Below are positions 1-7,848 of a stretch of DNA of 32,000 bases, one piece after another. The position numbers and the translations under genes are program-made. The stretch comes from an uncultured archaeon. GTDB taxonomy: Archaea > Asgardarchaeota > Jordiarchaeia > Jordiarchaeales > Jordiarchaeaceae. Position 1 is the first letter of the stretch. Every line of letters starts with the position of its first letter. Location of the stretch: positions 37,721 to 69,720 of the forward strand of contig CAZECW010000060.1 in the NCBI GenBank assembly GCA_964510585.1, given 5' to 3'. The notes beneath the pieces were generated by a model. The model did no database searches, had not been told where the DNA came from, and saw only the letters and a program-made list of their open reading frames with translations.

Positions 1-218
1 CTAGCGAGTAGATCATCCTCTAAAACGAAGGTTACATCCTGACCCTTGAACTTGTCGACTAGATTTAATAGCTCCTCAACCACCCCTCCTTCCTGCAATT
101 GAATGATTTTCTCTACTGCACTTGAAACGTTTTCAGGCCACAAGGAGGAGGCTAATAGGTTTCCGTCCTGATCCAGTGCAAAAACACCAAACGTACTTTC
201 TGTTAAGTAGACTCTCAT
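1..218 (-). CDS. nop5: C/D-box sRNP subunit Nop5/Nop56, N-terminal part (runs off the window edge; absent from the ORF track)
   Basis: Hand translation from the ATG at 218 is open to the window edge: MRVYLTESTFGVFALDQDGNLLASSLWPENVSSAVEKIIQLQEGGVVEELLNLVDKFKGQDVTFVLEDDLLA. This matches the archaeal Nop5 N-terminal pattern (hydrophobic strand, G[IV]FA[FL]DxxGNL..., ...F[VI]xE). Confidence 0.75.
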   Translation of the reverse strand, partial: MRVYLTESTFGVFALDQDGNLLASSLWPENVSSAVEKIIQLQEGGVVEELLNLVDKFKGQDVTFVLEDDLLA

Positions 219-357
219 TGTTATCCCATCCGCACCATTGAAATCCTTTTAACCCATAAAGACCATTTTTTCCGTGAACATAGTAAATTTAAACGTTAAG
301 TGAAATTTAGATTGCTTCCTTAAGAATATTGTTGAAACTAGGGCCGGAGGTCTAAAA

Positions 358-1266
358 TTGGCCAATATTTCAGTTAGCTTATCTAACCTTAAACTGCGCA
401 ATCCAACCATGCTTGCATCCGGAATAATAGGAGTATCAGGGAAGCTTCTCTTAAGAGCGGCAAATGAGGGAGCTGGGGCCGTCGTCACCAAATCCGTCGG
501 TCCGGAGCCCAGAAAAGGCTACGAAAACCCTTGTCTAGCAGAGGTTTCCAAAAACAATTATCTAAACGCAATGGGATTACCCAATCCCGGCGTGAAGTTT
601 TTTGCAGAAGAACTTAAAATAGCAAAAAGGGGAGGCGTTCCAGTTATTGCAAGTGTATTCGGAGGCACACCCTCAGAATTTTCATATGTTGCTTCCCTAA
701 TGGAGAAAGCTGGGGCGGATGCCGTTGAACTTAATGTTTCTTGCCCTCACAGCGAGGTTGCTACAATAGGCCAAAGCTGTGAGCTTGTAAGTGCAACAGT
801 TAAAGAGGTTAGAAAAAAGGTAAAGATTCCCATTCTGGTTAAGTTGAACCCCAACGTGACAGACATTGTAGAAATAGCTGTCGAGGCAGAGAAAGCCGGA
901 GCAGACATACTCACCGCAATAAATACTGTGAGGGCTATGGCTATAGATATAAATACCTGTAAACCAGTTTTGGCTAATCGAGTCGGTGGATTATCCGGCG
1001 AAGCATTAAGACCTATTGCGGTGCGATGCATCTATGAAATATATGAGCATGTAAAAATTCCCATAGTGGGAGTAGGGGGCATTTTTCACTGGAGCCACGC
1101 CATAGAACATATTTTAGCAGGTGCAACAGCAGTTCAAATTGGTACCGCAATGGTAAACGGATTTCAAATTTTCCGCGAGATATCACACGGCATCAAAAGA
1201 TATCTTGAGAAAAAGGGATACAAAGACATTAAGGAAATAGTGGGCATCGCACACAAGGAGGGCTGA
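358..1266 (+). CDS. pyrD: Dihydroorotate dehydrogenase B (NAD+), catalytic subunit
   Basis: NPTMLASG, VTKS, NAMGLPNPG, ELNVSCPH (catalytic Cys), VKLNPN, INTV, GGLSG, GVGGI, QIGTA motifs. TTG start with a GGAGG SD. Confidence 0.95.
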   Translation: MANISVSLSNLKLRNPTMLASGIIGVSGKLLLRAANEGAGAVVTKSVGPEPRKGYENPCLAEVSKNNYLNAMGLPNPGVKFFAEELKIAKRGGVPVIASVFGGTPSEFSYVASLMEKAGADAVELNVSCPHSEVATIGQSCELVSATVKEVRKKVKIPILVKLNPNVTDIVEIAVEAEKAGADILTAINTVRAMAIDINTCKPVLANRVGGLSGEALRPIAVRCIYEIYEHVKIPIVGVGGIFHWSHAIEHILAGATAVQIGTAMVNGFQIFREISHGIKRYLEKKGYKDIKEIVGIAHKEG

Positions 1267-1268
1267 AA

Positions 1269-2063
1269 TTGATTAATAAGTCTCGGATTGTGAGAATCAT
1301 TAAAACTAAACAGGAAACGCCAACCATAAAGAGCCTATTCTTCCAAGACGAGGAAGCCTCCAAATCCAAGCCGGGCCAATTTTTAATGATTTGGATTCCG
1401 GGAATAGATGAAATTCCTATGAGTGTGTCCAGCACTAACCCTCCAGGAGTAACAGTTAAACGTGTAGGCAAAGGAACAGAATCACTCAGCAATTTGGAAA
1501 AGAATGATGAAATAGGAATTAAGGGTCCCTACGGCAACGGCTTCACCATTACCGGTCAAAAGGTACTGGTTGTGGGAGGCGGGGTGGGAGTAGCCGCCCT
1601 TCTCCCCCTAATTAAACTGTTAACCAAGGAGAATAAAGAGACCACGGTAATTATAGGCGCCAAAACCAAACAAGAGCTGCTATTCAAAAGGGAAATAGAA
1701 AAACTAGTGGGGAAAGACCAGCTTATGATATGCACAGACGATGGCAGCGCAGGACTTAAAATGATGGCTAGCGACCTAGCTACCCACATCGTTGAAAAAA
1801 ACAGTTACGACCAAATTTATACCTGCGGACCAGAAAAAATGATGTACAAAATATTCGAGTTAGCACAGAAAAAAGGCACCCCACTGCAAGCTGCTCTTGA
1901 AAGGTATATGAAGTGTGGATTTGGTTTATGCGGAAGCTGTGGCATAGGTCACCTCTTAGTTTGCAAGGATGGCCCAGTACTGGACAGCCAAAGTTTAGAA
2001 AAAGTTAAAGAAGAATTTGGGAAACTTCGCAGGGAACCCTCGGGAGAATTTCAAAAAATTTGA
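1269..2063 (+). CDS. pyrK: Dihydroorotate dehydrogenase electron-transfer subunit
   Basis: PGQFLMIW, EIPMS, GPYGNGF, GGGVG, CGPEKMM and the 2Fe-2S motif ERYMKCGFGLCGSC...CKDGPV. Starts 2 bp after pyrD. Confidence 0.93.
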   Translation: MINKSRIVRIIKTKQETPTIKSLFFQDEEASKSKPGQFLMIWIPGIDEIPMSVSSTNPPGVTVKRVGKGTESLSNLEKNDEIGIKGPYGNGFTITGQKVLVVGGGVGVAALLPLIKLLTKENKETTVIIGAKTKQELLFKREIEKLVGKDQLMICTDDGSAGLKMMASDLATHIVEKNSYDQIYTCGPEKMMYKIFELAQKKGTPLQAALERYMKCGFGLCGSCGIGHLLVCKDGPVLDSQSLEKVKEEFGKLRREPSGEFQKI

Positions 2064-2198
2064 TACACACCTCTGCGTATTACTGAAAAATAAAAGCCAT
2101 AATATAAACAATTATATTTAGGCTTGCACAATAACTAATCGAACCCCCTCCACCACGATACAGCTTCGTCTGAGGTTTATAAAAGCGGGGTTAGAGGA

Positions 2199-3143
2199 AT
2201 GATCGAAACAGAAAATCTGGAACAAAACATTTTCAAGGCGCAGAAACTTCTGAAATGGTTTGAAACAGAGGCTAACATTGACAGAGCCCTTAGCAGCGAG
2301 GAAGGCCCCATTGAGCTAAGAAAAAGAGCAGGGGAGAACATTAACCAACTGAGAGAATTAATCCAATCCATTAAAAACACATCCCTTCAGAGGTGCCCTG
2401 AAAAAAACATAGAAATAGAGGAGAGCTACGCCTCTGCCATAGAGTCCCTAGAAGCTTTTGCCAAAATAATAGGGAATAACGAGTTAAACGCTGCCAGAGC
2501 ATTTCATTTAAGCCAAAACGCTCTAACCCAAATGTTAAATAAAATACACAAACTCGTCCTATCAATTAAACCCGCCGATGAGGACCCTCTCATTCTAAAA
2601 ATTTTGGAATTAAAACAGAGAGTCGAAGATTTAGAGTCCGAAAGAGACCAACTATTCGCTGAACTCCACCGCATAAAATTCGGAGAAGAACCAATTTTAG
2701 AAACACACCCACTACAAAGCCCACACATCACATTCTCAGAAACTGCACAAAAAGAAATAGAAAAACTCCGAATGGAAAAAGAAGAACTAGAAAAACAACT
2801 AAACGAACTCAGAGGAGGAGAGAAATCCAAGGCCTACCAAAGCCTGTTAAAAGAGAACAATGAACTCCGAGAACGAACAGCCCGACTGACAGAAGCCCTC
2901 AGAATTACCAGAGCACAAAGCGAAAACAAGTTCAAACAACTACTACAAGAACGAGACGAGTGGCGAACCAAAGCTCTAGAAAAAACGGTACGCAGCATAG
3001 AAGAAACCATGTACGACCTAAGAAATCAACTTGAAAACCTAAAAAAAGAAAACCAACAACTTAAACAAAAACTAAACCTAATCCCACAAAAAGAAGAAGA
3101 AAACACAGATAAAAGCCAAAAATATAACCTGTACTATGTCTAA
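2199..3143 (+). CDS. Hypothetical alpha-helical coiled-coil protein
   Basis: 314-aa ORF rich in E/K/L/Q with heptad-like runs (LKQRVEDLESERDQL; LRNQLENLKKENQQLKQKL). No recognisable catalytic motif. Confidence 0.75.
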   Translation: MIETENLEQNIFKAQKLLKWFETEANIDRALSSEEGPIELRKRAGENINQLRELIQSIKNTSLQRCPEKNIEIEESYASAIESLEAFAKIIGNNELNAARAFHLSQNALTQMLNKIHKLVLSIKPADEDPLILKILELKQRVEDLESERDQLFAELHRIKFGEEPILETHPLQSPHITFSETAQKEIEKLRMEKEELEKQLNELRGGEKSKAYQSLLKENNELRERTARLTEALRITRAQSENKFKQLLQERDEWRTKALEKTVRSIEETMYDLRNQLENLKKENQQLKQKLNLIPQKEEENTDKSQKYNLYYV

Positions 3144-3494
3144 AACCCCAGAAAAATAGTAAATCCCCACACGCTTAAGCGTCTCTGACAAACCCACATA
3201 CTCCTACGCATTACAGATAAAGAAGGAAAATATGTCTTCCCGGCGAACATATAGCGAATTTTAAACCGCCAGTTTATACAAAAAGCTACCTACGTTAAAG
3301 CCTACTAAACACCTAGGTTTTTCTAGTAAACCATTATATGCCGAAGAGTCCTGGGAGAATGAAAACCTGTTTTTAATAGGAGTATATTCAAACCGAAAAA
3401 CGTAAACAACAGAAACTATTTTAAGCAATTAAAAACAAAGAATTGTTTTAAATTCATAATAATAATCACCCATTGGAAAAGGAGGAAGAGACTA

Positions 3495-4415
3495 TTGGTT
3501 TACATGTCACTTTGGGAAATAATCTTTGACATCATAGTTCTAATAATTGTTTTCGGCTTCGTGTTCGCAGTGATAGGTGCGGGAGAAGTCCTCAGAAAAA
3601 AGAAAAACCTTGACCCCAGCTTCACCCGAAAAATGATTCACTTCTTTGCAGGAGACGCTATACTATTCTGCCCCTTCTTCATAAACCCACAAATAATACC
3701 CATAATACCATTAGTGATGGGAATACTAATATTCTTCTCATCCCCAAAATCCCCCATAAAAAGCATGAAGTCCATGTTCGAAGTAATGGCAAGAGCTGAA
3801 GACTATGCCGCAGGCCACATCTACGGACCACTATATTACATCATTTCCATAGGCATCCTTGTAACCGCATTCGCCTACTTTGGAGGAGGAGCCTACTGGC
3901 CACTATTCACAATAGCAGCAATAGGACTATTCGCTATGTATTATGGTGACGGATTAGCCACCATCGTTGGCCAAAAATGGGGAAAACATAAATACACCAT
4001 TAGAGGGTGCACACGAAGTATTCAAGGCTCTTTAACCGTGTTCATAATGACTGTTCTTTCAGCGTTCTTAGTTATATTCTACTTTAACTTCTTTGGATTC
4101 TGGCCCAGTGTGCCACCAAACCAGTGGTTAACAATCTGGCTACTATATAATTTTAGCCCAATTATAGCCACTTATATCGCCGTAAGCATACTTCTAACTA
4201 CACCCCCAGTCATCCCAATACTCACCTTAATCCTTATTTCGGGAATAGTGGGAGGAATAGTGGCGGCAATAATCGAAGGGTGTTCAGGAAGAGAACTAGA
4301 CAACATATATGTACCATTAGTAGTCACTGCAGTGATATTACTCCTAGTCTTCCTAATGTCCCCCAGCTATTTTACAGTACTGTCCTACAATTTGGGCAAT
4401 ATAATCCCTTTCTAG
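3495..4415 (+). CDS. CTP-dependent prenol kinase family membrane protein (phytol/farnesol/dolichol kinase-like)
   Basis: TRKMIHFFAG, YGPLYY, YGDGLATIVGQKWGKHKY, RSIQGS and LDNIYVP motifs in a multi-TM protein. Confidence 0.85.
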   Translation: MVYMSLWEIIFDIIVLIIVFGFVFAVIGAGEVLRKKKNLDPSFTRKMIHFFAGDAILFCPFFINPQIIPIIPLVMGILIFFSSPKSPIKSMKSMFEVMARAEDYAAGHIYGPLYYIISIGILVTAFAYFGGGAYWPLFTIAAIGLFAMYYGDGLATIVGQKWGKHKYTIRGCTRSIQGSLTVFIMTVLSAFLVIFYFNFFGFWPSVPPNQWLTIWLLYNFSPIIATYIAVSILLTTPPVIPILTLILISGIVGGIVAAIIEGCSGRELDNIYVPLVVTAVILLLVFLMSPSYFTVLSYNLGNIIPF

Positions 4416-4443
4416 AAGTATGAACATAAAAAATGGTCTTAGA

Positions 4444-4466
4444 GGTGGCAAAAACATTTTGCTACC
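4444..4466. terminator. Hairpin between convergent genes (possible terminator)
   Basis: GGTGGCAAAA-aca-TTTTGCTACC forms a 10-bp stem with one G:U pair. A T-rich tract follows on the + strand. Confidence 0.3.
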
Positions 4467-4520
4467 CATCATATTTTTCTTACCACCTACTTAAAGCTGA
4501 AAAAGGAGTATATCGTTTAG

Positions 4521-6143
4521 TTAATAGGCGTCCTCATCTTCTAGAATGCCTGCCTCCCTGGCAAACTTTCCATATCCCATCTTTATTAGTACTCTGGTGC
4601 TTCGGTTAAGTAGGAAGTCAATCCAAGTTTCTTCCGTAGGTTCGTTGTAGAATTTCCCAAATCTTTTTGCGTATTGTCTTTCGTCCTTGCTGGATACCAA
4701 GTTTTTGACTGCATTCTGTGAGAAAGCTATTTCTACATCGGCAGCATTTGCCTTGCTGTTGTTTATTTTTATCCCGTATTCGGTTCGCACTACGTGGAAT
4801 GCTTCCAAGGGAGGTTTTTCGCTCTCAAAGCTTTCAAGAGAGTCGAAGATGGAGAAGTCTACTATTGAGTCCTTCACAAGATCTGCAAATATGTTTGGGT
4901 GCTCATCTAAATATTTCATGAATCTTTGACCAAGAGTTAACTGTTCTTGGAGTTCCTGTGCTATTTTTGATTCACTTGTGTAGTTGTTCAGCAGGAATTC
5001 AGTGATGTCCATTACGTTTAATCCAGTGCTGTCAGCACCGTCTATGAGGTTTGTTTTGCAGAAGGGACAGGCGCTGACGAGGACTTCCGCTTGGGTTTCG
5101 GCTGCTTCAATTAGTCTCTCTTTAGATATTTTTACTGCTATATCTGGAAATGCTTTTTTCACCCCGCTTCCCGCGCCGCAGCAGTGTGCATATCTGCGAT
5201 TTGTTTTCATTTCCACAAGTTCAACATTTGCGGTGGACTTTAGAAGATTGCGGGGTTCTTCAAATACATTCATGTGCCTACCAAGGTGGCAGGGGTCATG
5301 ATAGGTAACCCTAATTTTTTTGGGGCTGGCAAATGAAATTTTATTCTGATCCTTGAGTTTCTTTAAAAGTTCCACAACGTGCATTAACTTTACTTTGGTT
5401 CCATCCCATAGTGAGGCGTAGTCCTTAGCAAAGGTTCTATAACAACCAGCGCAGGAGAAAACTACTGTTTTCGCTCCCACTTCATTAATTTTATCAATGT
5501 TATATATTGCAAATTCCTTCGCAGTTTTCACGAATCCAGTCCTAAAGAGGGTTGACCCGCAACACCTCTCATCGTCTAGGATGGTAAAGTCTACGCCGGA
5601 TTTGTGGAGTAGCTCTATGGTGGATTTAGCTATTTCTTTTCTGCGATAGCTTGAAGTGCAACCCACAAAGTATACTATATCCGCCTTTTCCGGTATTGAT
5701 ATTGAATCCAGAAACTCTCGCCTTTTTTGATGGTCTTCTCCATAGGGATTAAATTTTTCGATAACGTTTTTTTGTATACTGGCGTGGGAATCCAAGAAAT
5801 ATCCCGCATCAACCAGCTCCCTTCTTAAACACTCCATCATAGAGGGGACATCAATACCACCCTCTATAGCTAAGCATGTTTCTTTACAGCTGGCACAGGT
5901 AAGGCAAAGGTTAGCCCATTGAACAATGCTTGGATCAACATCTAGTTCTCCTTCAAGTAGCTTTTTCAAAATAATTATTCTGCCCCGAGCGCTATACGTC
6001 TCGAAACCCAGAATGTTTCTTATGGGGCAGGGCATAGAAATATGTTTCTTGGCGGTGCTGATTTTAACTGAGTAAGCACAGTCCCCGCAACGCCCACATT
6101 TTTCCATTTGCTGTAGGTAGTCAGCTAAACCGTTAAAATTCAT
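4521..6143 (-). CDS. (Fe-S)-binding oxidoreductase, HdrD/GlpC/GlcF-like (2x[4Fe-4S] + 2 CCG domains) with an extra ~150-aa C-terminal domain
   Basis: CGRCGDC...CP and CLTCASCKETC ferredoxin motifs; YFVGC, RCCGS, SCAGCY, YHDPCHLGR, CCGAGSG and SACPFC CCG-domain motifs. Confidence 0.88.
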   Translation of the reverse strand: MNFNGLADYLQQMEKCGRCGDCAYSVKISTAKKHISMPCPIRNILGFETYSARGRIIILKKLLEGELDVDPSIVQWANLCLTCASCKETCLAIEGGIDVPSMMECLRRELVDAGYFLDSHASIQKNVIEKFNPYGEDHQKRREFLDSISIPEKADIVYFVGCTSSYRRKEIAKSTIELLHKSGVDFTILDDERCCGSTLFRTGFVKTAKEFAIYNIDKINEVGAKTVVFSCAGCYRTFAKDYASLWDGTKVKLMHVVELLKKLKDQNKISFASPKKIRVTYHDPCHLGRHMNVFEEPRNLLKSTANVELVEMKTNRRYAHCCGAGSGVKKAFPDIAVKISKERLIEAAETQAEVLVSACPFCKTNLIDGADSTGLNVMDITEFLLNNYTSESKIAQELQEQLTLGQRFMKYLDEHPNIFADLVKDSIVDFSIFDSLESFESEKPPLEAFHVVRTEYGIKINNSKANAADVEIAFSQNAVKNLVSSKDERQYAKRFGKFYNEPTEETWIDFLLNRSTRVLIKMGYGKFAREAGILEDEDAY

Positions 6144-6154
6144 CTACAAACACC

Positions 6155-7567
6155 TCACAAACCAAACACCATAGGATGTAGAATGTTATTGGGATCAAGA
6201 ACCCCTTTGATTTTCTTCAAAAGGTCGTAGAAATTGGGTGATACATGGGAAAGACACTCCCCTTCCCACAGGGGCCCACACCAATAGGGCACTGCACCAC
6301 CAGTTGAAAATTCCATCTGTTTAAGTTCACTCCAAACTTTTTCCATCAGCGGCTTGTTTGTGGGGTCACCCATAAAGAGGGTAATCCAACCCGTACAGTA
6401 GCTTCTATCCACACCCAGAGCACTAATAATCCAATTCATACCCTTACCCTTAACATCATACTTCTTAAAGATCTTAAGTGCACCCTTTACAGTTTGGGGT
6501 AGAGTGGAGATGGGTCTCAAGTGGCAAGTATTATACCAGAAACCGGAATCAAAAAGAGGCTGAACCATGTTAAACATGTCGGTCCAATGAGCCTTAGACA
6601 GAAAGGTACCAAGAGACCGCCCATCCTTCTTAGCAATCTGGTCTACCAAATCTTTCTTTTTGTTGGCTATTTCCTCACTTTCTTCTTCTATTATAACCGC
6701 CAAAATGCATTCCAAGTGCTCATAGAAATCGAGATAAGAATTTGCCAAAAGATCAATTGAGTTTCTATCGCCCAGCAAAACGAGCTCCTCAGCAAGATTC
6801 CTTCTCTGCAATTCATGCATAACTTTAGCGCAGTCCTCTATGCTGTCAAAACCATAGTCCGCAAAGGCTACTCCATTAGGAGTATAGTATACTTTAAGAG
6901 TTGCCTCAGTTTTTACACCGAGGGTCCCGTGGTCGCCCAGAAACAATCCAGTCAAATCATTGAATGTGGCATATCGGGCGAAAGTCTTTGCTTTGGGATT
7001 CCAGCCACTACCTGTATTAACAATCTCGCCCGTGGGCAACACAACTTCCAGACCCACAACGGAATCACAGGCACCACCCCACTTACTGGCACCGCAGCCA
7101 ATACTATTACCGCTCAGTGAGCCGCCAACGGTTCCCGCATTACCTCCATAGGGTCCACGGAATCCCAGTTTGAAACCTTTTTCCTTCAGTAAATGAATTA
7201 GTTCAGCCCACCTCAAACCTGCACCCACGGTAACCGTCATTGTGTCTTCGTCGAGCTTTTTCAGGTAGTCCATACGGGTTAAATCCAGCATTATTGCATT
7301 AGGCACGCGGGGCAGGGGGGCACCATTGATGCTGCTTCTAGCCCCTGCTGGAACTACGGGGATTTTTCTATCATTAGCAAGTTTTAGGATTTTTGAGACC
7401 TCTTCCGTGCAGCCGGGGCGGACTACAATTCCCGGAGAGTCTAATTGGAAGGGACTCGCATCTCGACTATAAGCTAAGAGATCTATTGTGCTATCTCTAA
7501 CGTTTTCCTCACCGGAAATGGCCACCAGTTCATAGTAAGAAGGATGGTGCTTTGCGCTCTCTAACAT
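6155..7567 (-). CDS. FAD-binding oxidoreductase, VAO/PCMH-GlcD superfamily
   Basis: AYSRDAS, VVRPGCTEEVSKIL, PAGARSS, LDLTRMD, TVGGSLS, GLEVVLPTGE, GDHGTLGV, C-terminal DPNNILHP. Ends 11 bp upstream of the Fe-S gene, with an AGGTG SD in the gap. Confidence 0.9.
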   Translation of the reverse strand: MLESAKHHPSYYELVAISGEENVRDSTIDLLAYSRDASPFQLDSPGIVVRPGCTEEVSKILKLANDRKIPVVPAGARSSINGAPLPRVPNAIMLDLTRMDYLKKLDEDTMTVTVGAGLRWAELIHLLKEKGFKLGFRGPYGGNAGTVGGSLSGNSIGCGASKWGGACDSVVGLEVVLPTGEIVNTGSGWNPKAKTFARYATFNDLTGLFLGDHGTLGVKTEATLKVYYTPNGVAFADYGFDSIEDCAKVMHELQRRNLAEELVLLGDRNSIDLLANSYLDFYEHLECILAVIIEEESEEIANKKKDLVDQIAKKDGRSLGTFLSKAHWTDMFNMVQPLFDSGFWYNTCHLRPISTLPQTVKGALKIFKKYDVKGKGMNWIISALGVDRSYCTGWITLFMGDPTNKPLMEKVWSELKQMEFSTGGAVPYWCGPLWEGECLSHVSPNFYDLLKKIKGVLDPNNILHPMVFGL

Positions 7568-7680
7568 TGTAATACCCTCTTGTGGGGAATAATTAGCGTA
7601 GAAAATTCTTTGCCCCTTTTAATTTTTTTCCCAATTTTATAATTAAAGTTCGCTTGTTTTATGATTATAACCAGTTTCGA

Positions 7681-7718
7681 CATTTATTTCGAATATTTAG
7701 CTTAAAATTCGAAATATG
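7681..7718. promoter_or_regulatory. Imperfect palindrome in a divergent promoter region (candidate operator)
   Basis: CATTTATTTCGAATATTTAGCTTAAAATTCGAAATATG has ATTTCGAAT / ATTCGAAAT inverted arms and sits between the divergent oxidoreductase and ALDH genes. Confidence 0.4.
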
Positions 7719-7848
7719 TTGAACTAATCTCTGCAAATAACGATAATTTTTAATAAGCGCAAAACAGTTGAAACAGACCACTTTATGCTCAAAAAATATC
7801 ATCAATTATTCAAAAATACCTCTTGAGAGTGTTAGGAGCTGATAAGCG

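Noticed and set aside
3171-3182. 12-bp perfect palindrome ACGCTTAAGCGT
   Set aside because: Single occurrence with no supporting context.
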